Counted from the first letter of the stretch, positions 28,095 through 38,948 are shown. The stretch: 64,000 nt of DNA from Aureliella sp. (GCA_963691875.1 OY829846.1:864001-928000), one strand, 5' to 3'. Numbers and translations are program-made. The notes: generated from the letters alone by a model not told the origin.

Positions 28095-31000
28095 TTACAA
28101 CCCTTGTTCAATCTGCTCGAAGTACTTGTCCAAACCAGCTCGAAACTCTTCAGGAAGAACGCGTCCTGTTTCACCGGTTGACTGGCCTATATTTCGGGCC
28201 TCACGGCGCTCGTTCTGATTCAATCCGGTTCCAAGTAGAGCCAGTGCAGAATCCTTTGTATCACCGGTACCGCCACCACCAGGGCTGGTTCCACCACCGC
28301 CTCCGCCACCCTTCGGGTTGATGCGCTTGCATTGCAGAAGTAACTCGATGGCTTCCGTCTCAGCCGCAATGGCAGCAGTGCCAGTGTCGTAATCGCCCAA
28401 TATGCCCTTCGCTTCCCACATCACATCCGCGACTTTAGAAAGGAGTTGAATCTCTTTGCCGAATCGCTCAGTACCCTTCGGCAACTCTTCAATCACGATC
28501 ACAACATCATGGACGCGATTCTCAATTTCGTCCTGAACGTCGCTCAGTCGTCCGGCTTCCTTCTCGTGCACATCCAGTTCCACTGCCTCTCGAGACTGCT
28601 CCGCAACGCGGGTCTCTTCGCGAAGATTCACTTCACTCTCGAGGATCTTCAGAACTTCCAAAATCACACTCGGCGGGAGCGCATCTGAAGTCTTGCTACC
28701 TGGACATTGGCCACTGCTAGCAGGATCCACCAAGTCATCGGCCCAACGATCAAAAGTGTCCGCCCAGAATTCGGCTTGAGCAATAGACATCCCCTGTTTC
28801 TTGGGAATTGCCTCGCCGAGATCCTGAAGTGCCGTGAGCACTTCCGATTCCTTCATTTCCTCAAGGATAACTTTGAACTGATTCATTCTGCGTCGCTCAA
28901 AATAGCTCTGCATGTCATCCATGATGTAGGACACTTTTTGGCTGCTTGCCTCTTCAACACCTCCAAGGTCAGTGAGCACCTTCCGATCTTCTGCTTGCAT
29001 TGATTTGACGCGCCCGAACACTGAATCGATACGCTCACCGATCCGCTGTGCTACTTGATCTTGCTCGCGAGAAGCAGCCTTCAATCGCTTGACGAGCGTC
29101 GAGCCTTCGAGGTTGGCGAGAATCGCGTTCAATTCTTCCGCGATCTTTTCAAACTCGGCGAGAAGCTCCTCTTGCTCGAACAAGGCCTCATCCAAAGGCT
29201 CTTCGCCCTGCCCTTGATCTTCCTGCCCCTTCTGATCGCCTTGCTTCTTGCCAGCTGGCCCCGTGATGGTCGTCGTTGGCAAGCTTAGTTTAGTGCCGTT
29301 CCCCTTCTTCTCTGGCCCTTCACCTTCTTCCTGATCTGGCTGAGGTTCATTGGGATGCATCGAAGATTCCTTATCGGAAATGCTTGGCATCTGGGGAGCG
29401 TTCACAAAGTCCTCTGCCTTGGGTTGCTTCTTGCCTGGACCTCCAGAACGAGAATCGCGATTCTCGCCCGCTTGCGGAGCTGTGTCTTTAGGTTCTGACT
29501 CTCCACCAGGCTGACCTTGCCCAGCTCGAGCTAGCTTGGCTTGCTGTGATGCTGCGCCCAGCAGATCGGAAACCGAAGGCATGCGTTCGTTGCCAATATC
29601 GTTGAGCACTTCAAGCATTTCCGCCCAACGGTCAAGGTGTCCAACACCAATCTCTGGATTACGAGATGCCTGACGCAGCAACCCTTCACCCATTTTCGCA
29701 AGTCCGGAAAGCCGACGGCCGTTAGAAGCCTCAGCCGAGGCCTGACGCCGCAGCTCCCCACGCACCTCCTCGCCCGCTAGCTCATCTTCAGTCATTTCAC
29801 GCAGCTTTTTATTTGCCGCATGCAATTGCATTTCCTTGTCACGCACATCCAATGCTGCACGGTGCCACTTGCTAAGCTGACTGGTGATCCAAATTGCGTG
29901 CTCTTCTGGGGTCAGAACAAACAGCACGTGCGGTGCCGAGTATTGCCGCTCTCGATTTGGCATGTAGTCCTCAGTCCACAGCCGCACTTCGATGGGTTGG
30001 GGATCGATTCCAAGCGCCTTTGCTGAAAAAGTTGCGGGAACTTGCATTGAGGTATTCTCTGGTCCGCCGCCCGCAATAATCTTCTCGCCTTGAGTTGACT
30101 CATTGAGTGTTTCCTCCAGTCCGCGCCAGCTAATGCCGATGGTCTTGATGCCGAAATCATCTGCAGCCAATGCCTGAAAGTTGATCTGTTCACTATCCAA
30201 GACAACTGCTTGTCGCGGAAAATCCTGAGAAACTACAGAAGGTAATTCGTCGACTGCTGGCCTCACGGTCAGCTGGAAGGGTTCCCGGCCAGCCAAACCG
30301 TCATGGTCTCTCCAAGTCATCGAAAGTTTGCTGGCTTCTTCCTTCAAAGCAATACTTTGAGTGCCAAAACTATCCTTGGTCACTACCACTTCCGACCTGT
30401 TGATCTGTGCGTTCTGCAAGGGACGTGATGCGGTCGCGTTCACAACAACAGAACTGCCTTGCACTGCAGACAAGGTCCCGCTTCGAACGTCCATCTCAAA
30501 TGGTTCTGGACGCTCTAGGTACTCCGGCAATTGAACTGTTGCTTTCGCGCCAATCAGCTCGGGCCTCAACTTCGGTTCTATTAGAACAGACTGATAAAAG
30601 TCTCCGACTTCCAATTTCATCGGTAGGTCAGACACCTGTGGCGGAATCTCGAAAACATATTGGCCGTCGACGAGTTTCGACTCAAGCGCAGGCAAGCCAC
30701 CTGCCTTCAAGGTTGCCTTCTCTGGCTGCCAACGCGACTCGTCTGTCAAAGCGATCTGAAAAGCTGCCGACTCACCGTGAGGAACAACAAAGCTGTCTGG
30801 CACGGGCTGGAGCATCGTGAAGGTGTAGCGTGGTATATTATTCCAAGGTGCCGAAAATCTTTCCCAAGCATTCATTGCCGCACTCGGAAACAGGACAGCA
30901 AGCGTCAGGACAACGGCCACAGCCATACCGAGCGTCACCGACAGTGAACGCAAGCGTGTAGGTGGAGCAGCGGCAGTTAGATTCCGATCCTTGGCGGTTT

Positions 31001-31430
31001 CGGCAACTTGTTCGATCGCTGCCGCACATAGGGTGCGAGATCGCTCTTGCTCTGATTTATCTTCTGCCAGCTCGATCACACTCAGCAACTGATTGCCGAT
31101 CTCAGATTCACGAACTCGCAAAAGCCTTGCCAACTGCTCAAACCTTCGTTGGCTCCAAACCCATCGGTGCAAAGCATACGGCACAGCCAGCCAAGCCGCC
31201 AAAGCAACAAAAAAAATCGCAACTCGAGCTTGCTGTGGCGTATCAACGATTCGGTCGACGCAATAAACCGTCAAGAACGAGAGCAAGACAGCGACAATCC
31301 CAAACGCCAAAGATTCGAGCATCTTGCTCGTCCAGACACGGGAACGAAACTCAGTCAGTTGCTTCTTCAGCGATTCCGGAACAACCAAGAGGTCTTGGTT
31401 ATCTGAATTGCTCGTTGGCACAGAACTCAT
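28095..31430 (-). CDS. Large membrane-anchored coiled-coil protein (DUF4175-like)
   Basis: Three N-terminal TM segments, a beta-rich middle (A.DDFG), long helical/low-complexity C-terminus ending PEEFRAGLDKYF. Confidence 0.75.
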   Translation of the reverse strand: MSSVPTSNSDNQDLLVVPESLKKQLTEFRSRVWTSKMLESLAFGIVAVLLSFLTVYCVDRIVDTPQQARVAIFFVALAAWLAVPYALHRWVWSQRRFEQLARLLRVRESEIGNQLLSVIELAEDKSEQERSRTLCAAAIEQVAETAKDRNLTAAAPPTRLRSLSVTLGMAVAVVLTLAVLFPSAAMNAWERFSAPWNNIPRYTFTMLQPVPDSFVVPHGESAAFQIALTDESRWQPEKATLKAGGLPALESKLVDGQYVFEIPPQVSDLPMKLEVGDFYQSVLIEPKLRPELIGAKATVQLPEYLERPEPFEMDVRSGTLSAVQGSSVVVNATASRPLQNAQINRSEVVVTKDSFGTQSIALKEEASKLSMTWRDHDGLAGREPFQLTVRPAVDELPSVVSQDFPRQAVVLDSEQINFQALAADDFGIKTIGISWRGLEETLNESTQGEKIIAGGGPENTSMQVPATFSAKALGIDPQPIEVRLWTEDYMPNRERQYSAPHVLFVLTPEEHAIWITSQLSKWHRAALDVRDKEMQLHAANKKLREMTEDELAGEEVRGELRRQASAEASNGRRLSGLAKMGEGLLRQASRNPEIGVGHLDRWAEMLEVLNDIGNERMPSVSDLLGAASQQAKLARAGQGQPGGESEPKDTAPQAGENRDSRSGGPGKKQPKAEDFVNAPQMPSISDKESSMHPNEPQPDQEEGEGPEKKGNGTKLSLPTTTITGPAGKKQGDQKGQEDQGQGEEPLDEALFEQEELLAEFEKIAEELNAILANLEGSTLVKRLKAASREQDQVAQRIGERIDSVFGRVKSMQAEDRKVLTDLGGVEEASSQKVSYIMDDMQSYFERRRMNQFKVILEEMKESEVLTALQDLGEAIPKKQGMSIAQAEFWADTFDRWADDLVDPASSGQCPGSKTSDALPPSVILEVLKILESEVNLREETRVAEQSREAVELDVHEKEAGRLSDVQDEIENRVHDVVIVIEELPKGTERFGKEIQLLSKVADVMWEAKGILGDYDTGTAAIAAETEAIELLLQCKRINPKGGGGGGGTSPGGGGTGDTKDSALALLGTGLNQNERREARNIGQSTGETGRVLPEEFRAGLDKYFEQIEQGL

Positions 31431-31499
31431 CTGCTATTCCTTTATGCGAAACAATTTGTTTCTTTACATCCGTGGACATTCAAGCCATTACGGATGTGC

Positions 31500-33695
31500 C
31501 TAAATCAAACCAACCATCTTTCGACCTACCCAAAAGAGGGTAAGCAACAATACTAGGGTAGCGGCTACCAGCGGGTGACTCCATAGTTGAAGTCGGCGAA
31601 TCTTGGTCTCTGGCTCAGGAAGATCCTGAACGGCTTTGGTAATCTGCGCAACATCATTACCGTTTAGTAACTCTCCGCGGCTCACTCGCGACAGTTCTTC
31701 GAGTACTTCCGGTCTTGCAGGTTTCCCGACTTGTTCCAGTGATGCACCTTGCACGAAAATCTTCGTCTCCACCTGACTATTGTTTTCTTTGCACCGCAAG
31801 ATCACTCGGTGTGAACCGGGCTCCGAGGGCGAAAAAGTCCCCGCGAACAAGCCCCACTCCGCTCCTGAATTCGTCAGATTCAGCGTCTCAGTCCGCCCGG
31901 AAGGCGCAACAATTCTTGCCGTCACCGTTCCCTTACTAAGCGGTTCACCACTCGACTCCATTACATTCGTGCTCAGCGACACCGCTTGGCGAACTTGTGG
32001 CTGCTCAGGCGAATAGTAAAACCGCATCTGCTCGCCTTCGGCCATGTTTCGCTGGTAAGCCATCCAGCGAACGACCTGGCCCCAGAAGCGATAATGGTAT
32101 TTATCTTCCACGCCGCGCCGCCAACGCCATGCTCCATCAGTACCCATGAATAGAATCTTGCCGGCTCCAAAAGTTCTAGTCACCAACAAAGGAATACGAC
32201 CATACTCGTTGGAAGAATCCTGATGCACAGCCAGGATATCAGTCCCAGCCTTGGCTCGAACAACCGGTGCATGCCACTGAAAGCCGGGTAAGCCCTCCCA
32301 GACCTGCATGTTCTCGTCCTGAGTATCTGCAAGCTTCGTCAAAAGACTTCTTCTTCCCAACTCGGTCAATGCAAAGTGGCTAGGAGTCCTTGAACCCCAG
32401 CCTCGAGGCTGTGCTTCATCGAATACCACTGGGAGCAACGCACCTAGCTCAGTGTCCTGTAGCTCCAACATGTTGCCATCGTAGCCAGGCATGAAAACTA
32501 AGCCACTTGCTTGCTGTTCCACGAGACCTTTAAGTAGGCGACACTGTTCTTCCGTAAGCTGCTTTCCGCCGACTCCGACATCCCCCAGAAAGACCACGTC
32601 GTACTTGGCAAGCTCTTTCATCTCTTCCGGAAACTGCTGGATGTAATCGCGATTCCCACCACCCACTTTCTCTAGTCTCGGATGAAACAGCAAGCAGCTA
32701 ACTTCGACACCTGGATCACGCGAAAGGGCATTCCGCAAGTAACGATATTCCCAGCGAGGATTCGTCTCGACGACTAAAACTTGTAGCTTCTCTTCACGAA
32801 TCGCTATCGGTGCTTCCTCGCGATTATTCTTCTCGATCTTCTCCTCAGGATGAGTCGGAATCTCCAGCGACAGAGTGTAATCACCTTGACCGCTTGGCAT
32901 CCACACGATGGCATCGGAGGTCCGACCCATCGCAGCAATCTTGATTTGCTTTTTGACGCTCGAGCCATCAGAGACTTTGAGCTCAACCTGAGCTACGTGA
33001 TCTCTAGGCAGAGAACTTTCTATCGTAAAAGGAACCCTGACGTTTTTGCCTTCAACTCCAAAGGAAGGCACATCAAAACTGAGCAAATCGAGATCAGGCA
33101 GAAGGTTTCGGCTACCAAAGGGCACGGAGAAAATCGGGATCTTCTCTAGACGAAACTGGCTAGCCGCTTGCACCGGAGGCGGACCATCATTCCAATCACC
33201 ATCAGATAAAATGACCACCGCTCGCAGATTGGAGTGCTCTTCTCGGGCGCGGTTCAAGGCGTCGTGTAGGTTACTCTTGCCACTTTCCTTGTCGACCGAA
33301 AAGGGCATGAAGACGATCTCAGTATCAGCCGATAAATCCTCCCAAGTGCTTGGATCCATAATCGGCTGAGAGGCTTTTAAGCGTGTCAGCAAGGGAGTAG
33401 AGTCCGATTCGTCCAGACCTACGTCCTCAGTCGACATACTTAAACTGTTGTCGCCAAGAATCACGACCGTCGGTTTTTCAGATGGCTTAAATTCCTCAAC
33501 GGTTTCAGGCTGATTCAGCAGGAAAACCGCAAAACCAACTAGTATGATGCGAAGCAGCTCGAGCCCGAGCACACCCGCTCGAAAACCACTTCGCTTCCAA
33601 GCAAACCAGCTAAGAACACAGACCGATACCATGGCGATGACCGAAATCACCATCGATGGTACTGTCCATTGAAAGCCAAAGCTCGATTCTATCAT
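31500..33695 (-). CDS. Membrane protein with a vWA domain and a glutamine-amidotransferase-like domain
   Basis: Two N-terminal TMs, MIDAS DNSLS...LSDG, PRWEYRYL, YDVVFLGD, G.DGAWRWR, FWGQVVRW and a C-terminal TM. Confidence 0.8.
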   Translation of the reverse strand: MIESSFGFQWTVPSMVISVIAMVSVCVLSWFAWKRSGFRAGVLGLELLRIILVGFAVFLLNQPETVEEFKPSEKPTVVILGDNSLSMSTEDVGLDESDSTPLLTRLKASQPIMDPSTWEDLSADTEIVFMPFSVDKESGKSNLHDALNRAREEHSNLRAVVILSDGDWNDGPPPVQAASQFRLEKIPIFSVPFGSRNLLPDLDLLSFDVPSFGVEGKNVRVPFTIESSLPRDHVAQVELKVSDGSSVKKQIKIAAMGRTSDAIVWMPSGQGDYTLSLEIPTHPEEKIEKNNREEAPIAIREEKLQVLVVETNPRWEYRYLRNALSRDPGVEVSCLLFHPRLEKVGGGNRDYIQQFPEEMKELAKYDVVFLGDVGVGGKQLTEEQCRLLKGLVEQQASGLVFMPGYDGNMLELQDTELGALLPVVFDEAQPRGWGSRTPSHFALTELGRRSLLTKLADTQDENMQVWEGLPGFQWHAPVVRAKAGTDILAVHQDSSNEYGRIPLLVTRTFGAGKILFMGTDGAWRWRRGVEDKYHYRFWGQVVRWMAYQRNMAEGEQMRFYYSPEQPQVRQAVSLSTNVMESSGEPLSKGTVTARIVAPSGRTETLNLTNSGAEWGLFAGTFSPSEPGSHRVILRCKENNSQVETKIFVQGASLEQVGKPARPEVLEELSRVSRGELLNGNDVAQITKAVQDLPEPETKIRRLQLWSHPLVAATLVLLLTLFWVGRKMVGLI

Positions 33696-33705
33696 GATTG
33701 CCTAG

Positions 33706-35745
33706 CTAAGCTGAAGTGCCCTGCGAACCAATAGCACGAGGTCGTTGAGGGATAGCACGAGGAATACAAAGTACAGCTTCTAGCAACATTGCGAAGATCA
33801 TCGCGATCAAGAATAGGCGCCAGATCTCCCGGACGATCCCGGTCAAACTACCAGCAGAGTCGTCGACTCGAGAGAACGGCAATCCCTCAAATAAAGACTC
33901 TAGCTTTTCGTCTTCCAACAAATCTTGCCGATCCTCTTGGGTTGCACGATTCACAGCAAACAGGCGATTTCCCAACTGGTAGACACCGCTTTGTGCCGTA
34001 AACTCCGTCGACAACACTTCGTCGCCTCCGGTAAGCTTCCGCCACTCACCTGTCGGTTCATCGCTGTACTCTGCCGTCCGGGCCGTTGTGTTGCCGAGAG
34101 CAAGTTGTCCTTGCTCAATCGCCCGTTGTATCGTGATGAATAACACGATGCCACCTTCAGCGAGGCTCGAGGCACTCGGGTTCACGGAAGCGGTAAAAAA
34201 GTAAACGCCTCCGCGATTCGTGGGCAACTTGGCCAAGAGCGGATCACCACCGGTGAGTGTCCCGAGCTTCAATAGCTCAGCTTCGCTACGGACACTCGCG
34301 TAACCACCAAGTTCAATCTGGCCGACGGGCAGTCCAACTCCACTGTTGGTTGCAGCCAACAAGTCCTGATCGCCCCGCCAGTTCTCAACCATCACCTTCT
34401 CGCCCGAGTTCCAATCGCCCCAGGCAACGCCTCCAAAGTTCCCGAGAACTTGCATACCGGTTCCAGCCGCCAAACTAGTCGGAGGAAAAAACATGACTTG
34501 TCCTCCGCCGTCCACAAAGTTCTGAACAGCTGGTGTCGTATTCGCATCTGGAAGATCTGTCTGCCAGAGCAGGAGAGCCGTGTCCTCCAACGCCAAGGAG
34601 TCCAATTGCTCGGGTGCGATCACATCCACGGTAGAGCTTGTTTCGCCAGCTGGAGTAATCCCCGCCGCGATCTCCAAAGCCCGCGTGTCCTTGCGATCAT
34701 CACTGACGACAACGATGCGCCGGGTTTCCTCCTCAGCGAAGACGAAGTAGTACTGATTGTCAGAATTGTTCTCGTCAGCTGGCAACGAAATAGTGCCCCA
34801 TCCGCTAACCGCATCGCTGGCAAGCGGTACTCGATGATTGCGAATCTCCGTAGACGCTCCGGTCATCTGAACGGTCAATTCGCTTCGTGCACCATCTATC
34901 TCTATCTGAACCGTAAGATCCATCGTAGCGTCGTCGGACAACTCTCCGGAACGAGTAAACTGCATTGAAACCAAAACAGCATTCTCCACCACACCGGCAA
35001 CTGTCTCCGTAACGCGTTGTACTTTGGTAACTCTTACTGCAACATTGCTTTTTGGGGGTTGCGAATAAGCCAGCATGTTGAACTGAACCGATTGCGGCAG
35101 CGATTCGAAGCCTTCGCGAATGACGCTCCAAGTGCCACTGCTTGAATTCCAATCAGACTCACGCAAATCGGAACACATCCAGACTTCCGTAGGACCAGGG
35201 TTGTTCGTCTTGATGTAATCCAAGGCAACTTGCATCAAAATAGTGAAGTCAGCGGACGACCCCGAGTCTGAAAACGCTGCGGAATCAACCATCGATTCGA
35301 CGGTCTCGAAACTCTGGGCCTTCCCCGAGCTGGAATCGATGGCGACAAAATTGCTTGAGCCCAGTTTGCCTAACGCATCGGCGATCTGCCGTTTGGCAGT
35401 TTCCAACTTCGAAAGCCCTCCCAATCCTTGCTGCTGCATACTCGGCGAACGATCCACAATAACGATGGTGGTGTCCGTACTTCCTCCGCCCGTAATCCCA
35501 AGCAGTCCGCTGGCGAGAGGCCGTGCAACGGCAAAGATCAACCCGGCTACGGCCAGGGTCCGCATGGTCAGAATCAACCACTGACGAATCCGAGCGAAAC
35601 CTCGATTCATCTTGTTGGCTGCGAGGAGGAACTTCATCGCTCCCCACTGCTTGGTCTGATAGCGCCATTGATTAATCAAGTGAATCAAGATCGGAAGCGC
35701 GATCAGCGGCATCGCCGCCAATATCAATGGCTGCAGAAAACTCAT
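33706..35745 (-). CDS. BatA N-terminal domain plus vWA membrane protein
   Basis: F..P......PILIHL...W.AM.FL...LR.LA...ARP (BatA-N), DRSPSM MIDAS and a C-terminal TM. Confidence 0.85.
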   Translation of the reverse strand: MSFLQPLILAAMPLIALPILIHLINQWRYQTKQWGAMKFLLAANKMNRGFARIRQWLILTMRTLAVAGLIFAVARPLASGLLGITGGGSTDTTIVIVDRSPSMQQQGLGGLSKLETAKRQIADALGKLGSSNFVAIDSSSGKAQSFETVESMVDSAAFSDSGSSADFTILMQVALDYIKTNNPGPTEVWMCSDLRESDWNSSSGTWSVIREGFESLPQSVQFNMLAYSQPPKSNVAVRVTKVQRVTETVAGVVENAVLVSMQFTRSGELSDDATMDLTVQIEIDGARSELTVQMTGASTEIRNHRVPLASDAVSGWGTISLPADENNSDNQYYFVFAEEETRRIVVVSDDRKDTRALEIAAGITPAGETSSTVDVIAPEQLDSLALEDTALLLWQTDLPDANTTPAVQNFVDGGGQVMFFPPTSLAAGTGMQVLGNFGGVAWGDWNSGEKVMVENWRGDQDLLAATNSGVGLPVGQIELGGYASVRSEAELLKLGTLTGGDPLLAKLPTNRGGVYFFTASVNPSASSLAEGGIVLFITIQRAIEQGQLALGNTTARTAEYSDEPTGEWRKLTGGDEVLSTEFTAQSGVYQLGNRLFAVNRATQEDRQDLLEDEKLESLFEGLPFSRVDDSAGSLTGIVREIWRLFLIAMIFAMLLEAVLCIPRAIPQRPRAIGSQGTSA

Positions 35746-36653
35746 CGTGCACTCCTCCGATGAGCGCGATCGACCAAGAAATTCGTCAGCTCTTTTTCGT
35801 AAGCAGAGTCGATCGAGATGCGGCGGTAATCGACTGCCGTCTCCAAAACGACTTTTTGCAAGGACTCCAAATATTCGTTCAAAGCCCGGTGGTACCGATC
35901 GGCTATTTCAATCGGATCCGCAAAAACTGCAGTCCCGCCCTCCATGTCCAGAAATCGTGTCGGACGCTGAAACGCAAAGCCCAACTCCTCGGGGTCCAAC
36001 AAATGAAAAGCAGCGACGTCGTGCTTACGAAACCGGAGATGCTCGAAGCATTCCCTCAGTTGCTCCGTATCAACGAACAGATCAGAAAGTATTACTACCA
36101 ACGCACGCTGCCGAACGGTCTCGGCGAGTTCGTGCAAGACCTCTACCAACCCCGTATCGCCCTGGGGCTCTGCCTGTTCAAGCGTGTCATAAAGCGTGGT
36201 CAAGTGAGCCGGATTTCGCTTGGCAGGGATGTTATGAACAATCCCATCGGCAACACAAGAAAGCCCGACAGCATCGCCCTGCTGTACTGCGAGATAGCTT
36301 AAAGCAGCAGAGATACGCCTGCCGTACTCGAGCTTGGTCGTGCCCACGGAGCCGAAATCCATCGACCCGCTTGTATCTAGCACAAGAACCATCCGCAGGT
36401 TCGTATCAGCCTCAAACTCTTTGATGTAGAAGCGATCGGAGCGACCGTAGGCACGCCAATCGAGTCGCCGCAAGTCATCGCCAGGCACGTACTTGCGATA
36501 CTCCGCGAATTCGACGCTAGCCCCGCGGTGCGGGCTCGCATGCCGGCCAGAAACACTTCCCAGCATCGGTTTCCGCGACAGCAAAGGCAGTGCACCGAGT
36601 TGTGCAATCACCCTCGGATCGAGAAAACTTCGTTGTTTACGATCAGTTGACAT
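35742..36653 (-). CDS. DUF58 (vWA-like) MoxR partner protein
   Basis: G.HAS..RG.SVEFAEYR.Y.PGDDLR.LDW, LDTSGSM and LSDL; ATGA overlap with the next gene. Confidence 0.92.
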   Translation of the reverse strand: MSTDRKQRSFLDPRVIAQLGALPLLSRKPMLGSVSGRHASPHRGASVEFAEYRKYVPGDDLRRLDWRAYGRSDRFYIKEFEADTNLRMVLVLDTSGSMDFGSVGTTKLEYGRRISAALSYLAVQQGDAVGLSCVADGIVHNIPAKRNPAHLTTLYDTLEQAEPQGDTGLVEVLHELAETVRQRALVVILSDLFVDTEQLRECFEHLRFRKHDVAAFHLLDPEELGFAFQRPTRFLDMEGGTAVFADPIEIADRYHRALNEYLESLQKVVLETAVDYRRISIDSAYEKELTNFLVDRAHRRSAR

Positions 36654-36760
36654 TCGGTTCTGTAAACAGGCAGGAGAATGGTAGGTTTTGCTGCTTGCTA
36701 GTTGGGAGCTAAAACGTTCGAGCGAAAAAAACTAGAAGCGTTATGCATCCTTGCGTGAAG

Positions 36761-37789
36761 CTATGCATCCGGTGTTTCATCCACGAGACGCATAATGATG
36801 TCGCTTGCACTCACCTTCTCAGCTTGCGCAGCAAAGGTTGTGATGATTCTGTGGGTCAGAACGGCAGGAGCAACTGCTTTGACATCTTCGTTTCGCACCA
36901 TGTAACTACCGTATAAAGCGGCACGTGCTTTGGCGCCTAAGATCAAGTTTTGCACCGCCCGAGGGCCGCCGCCCCACGAGACCAACGGCTTGAGCCATTC
37001 CGGCGAGGTGTCCCCATTGGGTCGCGTCTTGCGGACCAGCCGCGCGCAATAGGTGTAGATATGATCGGGAACTGGCACACGACGCACCAAGTTCTGGTGT
37101 TCGATGATCTCCTCCGCAGCCATCAAACGTTCCAGCTTTGCCAGCTCGCCGCCAGTCGTCGTACGCGCGATCTCGATCTCTTCCTCTTCATTCGGATAAT
37201 CGAGCTCGATCAATGACATGAACCTGTCAAGCTGAGCTTCCGGCAGCGGATAGGTACCTTCTTGTTCCACTGGGTTTTGAGTTGCCAAAACCATAAATGG
37301 CGGAGGCAAATCAAACTCTTTACCAAGGACCGTCACCCGTTGCTCCTGCATCGCTTCGAGCATCGCTGCTTGTGTTTTCGGCGGAGCACGGTTGATCTCA
37401 TCCGCCAAAACGATGTTGGCGAACACTGGACCTTGCACAAATTGAAACTCGCGACGACCACCTTCACCGTCTTGCAAGATATCAGTGCCCGTAATGTCCA
37501 TCGGCATCAAATCGGGCGTGAACTGGATGCGGCTAAACTGCAACGAAAGCGTCTCTGCCAACTTGCTCACCAGCAATGTTTTAGCCAAACCTGGAACGCC
37601 CATGAGCAACGCATGTCGACGGGCAAACAGACAGATCGCAAGACTCTCAATGGTGTCGCGTTGCCCAACAATGACTTTACCCAACTCGCTTACCAGCTTC
37701 TGATAAGCCTCGCGAAGACGATCAATTGCTTGGACGTCATCCCCGCTAAGCTGCTGAACTTCAGAGTGTGCTTCTGCACTCGTACTCAT
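36761..37789 (-). CDS. moxR: MoxR-family AAA+ ATPase
   Basis: Walker A GVPGLAKT, RIQFTPDLMP, Walker B LADEINR and ATQNPVEQEGTYPLPEAQLDRF; AGAGGA RBS. Confidence 0.95.
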   Translation of the reverse strand: MSTSAEAHSEVQQLSGDDVQAIDRLREAYQKLVSELGKVIVGQRDTIESLAICLFARRHALLMGVPGLAKTLLVSKLAETLSLQFSRIQFTPDLMPMDITGTDILQDGEGGRREFQFVQGPVFANIVLADEINRAPPKTQAAMLEAMQEQRVTVLGKEFDLPPPFMVLATQNPVEQEGTYPLPEAQLDRFMSLIELDYPNEEEEIEIARTTTGGELAKLERLMAAEEIIEHQNLVRRVPVPDHIYTYCARLVRKTRPNGDTSPEWLKPLVSWGGGPRAVQNLILGAKARAALYGSYMVRNEDVKAVAPAVLTHRIITTFAAQAEKVSASDIIMRLVDETPDA

Positions 37790-37837
37790 CGATGTTGTTC
37801 CTCTTTGGCCATCTGTTCACGTATGAATCAATTCTCA

Positions 37838-37843
37838 ATTATA
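37838..37843 (-). promoter_or_regulatory. Possible -10 box for the MoxR operon
   Basis: Perfect TATAAT about 50 bp upstream of the moxR ATG; no convincing -35 at 17 bp. Confidence 0.35.
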
Positions 37844-38192
37844 GACGAGCCGCCGGAGAAAGGTTGTCTGGCCGCAAAGCCCAGCCCCATTTCTGGTGAT
37901 TCGAGGCTCAGTAACCTATTCCCGAAGCTCCTTATCTTTGCTTGATTTAGCTCACTCTGGCATAGATCTCGAACAAACAAGATTCGTTTCTGAAAATCCA
38001 AGAAGAAGCAAAAATAGATCGGCTCCAGGGAGCATCCCCTCGGCGAGAACGCGGGTTTCTTTAAGAGTTCGAGGAGCTCGAGCGCGGGTAGTGGAGGTCG
38101 TGAATACCTTCTGCCTCTTCAGTAAGCGGCAGCACTCCGACTCAACAACGAGGATAGCGGGCCAAATTTCGGCTCAAAACACGTTGGTTAGC

Positions 38193-38231
38193 AAAGAAAA
38201 AGCCCGTACGAAAGCTTTTGCTTGCACGGGC
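38193..38231 (-). terminator. Probable intrinsic terminator after the response regulator
   Basis: Minus strand GCCCGT...ACGGGC followed by TTTTTCTTT. Confidence 0.55.
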
Positions 38232-38255
38232 CAAGATGATGGTTTGGATTTCAAA

Positions 38256-38948
38256 CTAAAGAGCTTGTGAGCGAACTCCTGGCTTGCGAAGTTTGACAGA
38301 AATCGCAAAGGCCACAGCATCGGCAAAGCAAGTGGCGCCGATTTTTTGCATCACGCGATTGCGGTAAGTCTCAACCGTTCGGAGGCCAACGCCAAGCTCA
38401 GAAGCGATTTGCTTGTTGAGGTAACCACTAGCCAGTAGCTTCAGCACCTGGACTTCACGCTCGGACAACATTTCAAGCTTGGTTTGCTCACCTGCCTCTC
38501 GAAGCTTTTCTCGACGATTGTTTCGGTATTCCTCGCAGTATCGTCGAGTGCGCTGGATCAACTCTTCTTGTTGAATCGGCTTCTCGAACAAGTAGCGAAA
38601 GCCGCTGTCGATCGCTTTCATCGTTAGTTCTGGCGTCGCTCCGCCGGTAACCATGATTGCTGGAATGAGGCTCCCGAGCTTTCTCAGCTCGGCGAAAGTC
38701 TGTAGTCCATCCATGTCATCCATGAACTCATCAAGCAAAACGCAGTCGTAACTTCTACCTTGCCGCATGACATTGAGGAATTCAGCCGGGCTTCGAAAAT
38801 CCTCAACTTCATAGCCAGCATCCCGCAGAAGTAAAACGAGTATTGTGCGCACTGAGTCTTCGTCATCAACGACCGCAATCGAAAACGGCTGTGTCCACGG
38901 ATACGCGTCCTCGACCGCCCCAGTGCTTTCTTTCTGAACAAAATTCAT
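38256..38948 (-). CDS. FixJ/LuxR-type response regulator
   Basis: Receiver VVDDE...LLD...EKP; LuxR HTH LSEREVQVL...NKQIASELG...TVETYR. Confidence 0.92.
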   Translation of the reverse strand: MNFVQKESTGAVEDAYPWTQPFSIAVVDDEDSVRTILVLLLRDAGYEVEDFRSPAEFLNVMRQGRSYDCVLLDEFMDDMDGLQTFAELRKLGSLIPAIMVTGGATPELTMKAIDSGFRYLFEKPIQQEELIQRTRRYCEEYRNNRREKLREAGEQTKLEMLSEREVQVLKLLASGYLNKQIASELGVGLRTVETYRNRVMQKIGATCFADAVAFAISVKLRKPGVRSQAL

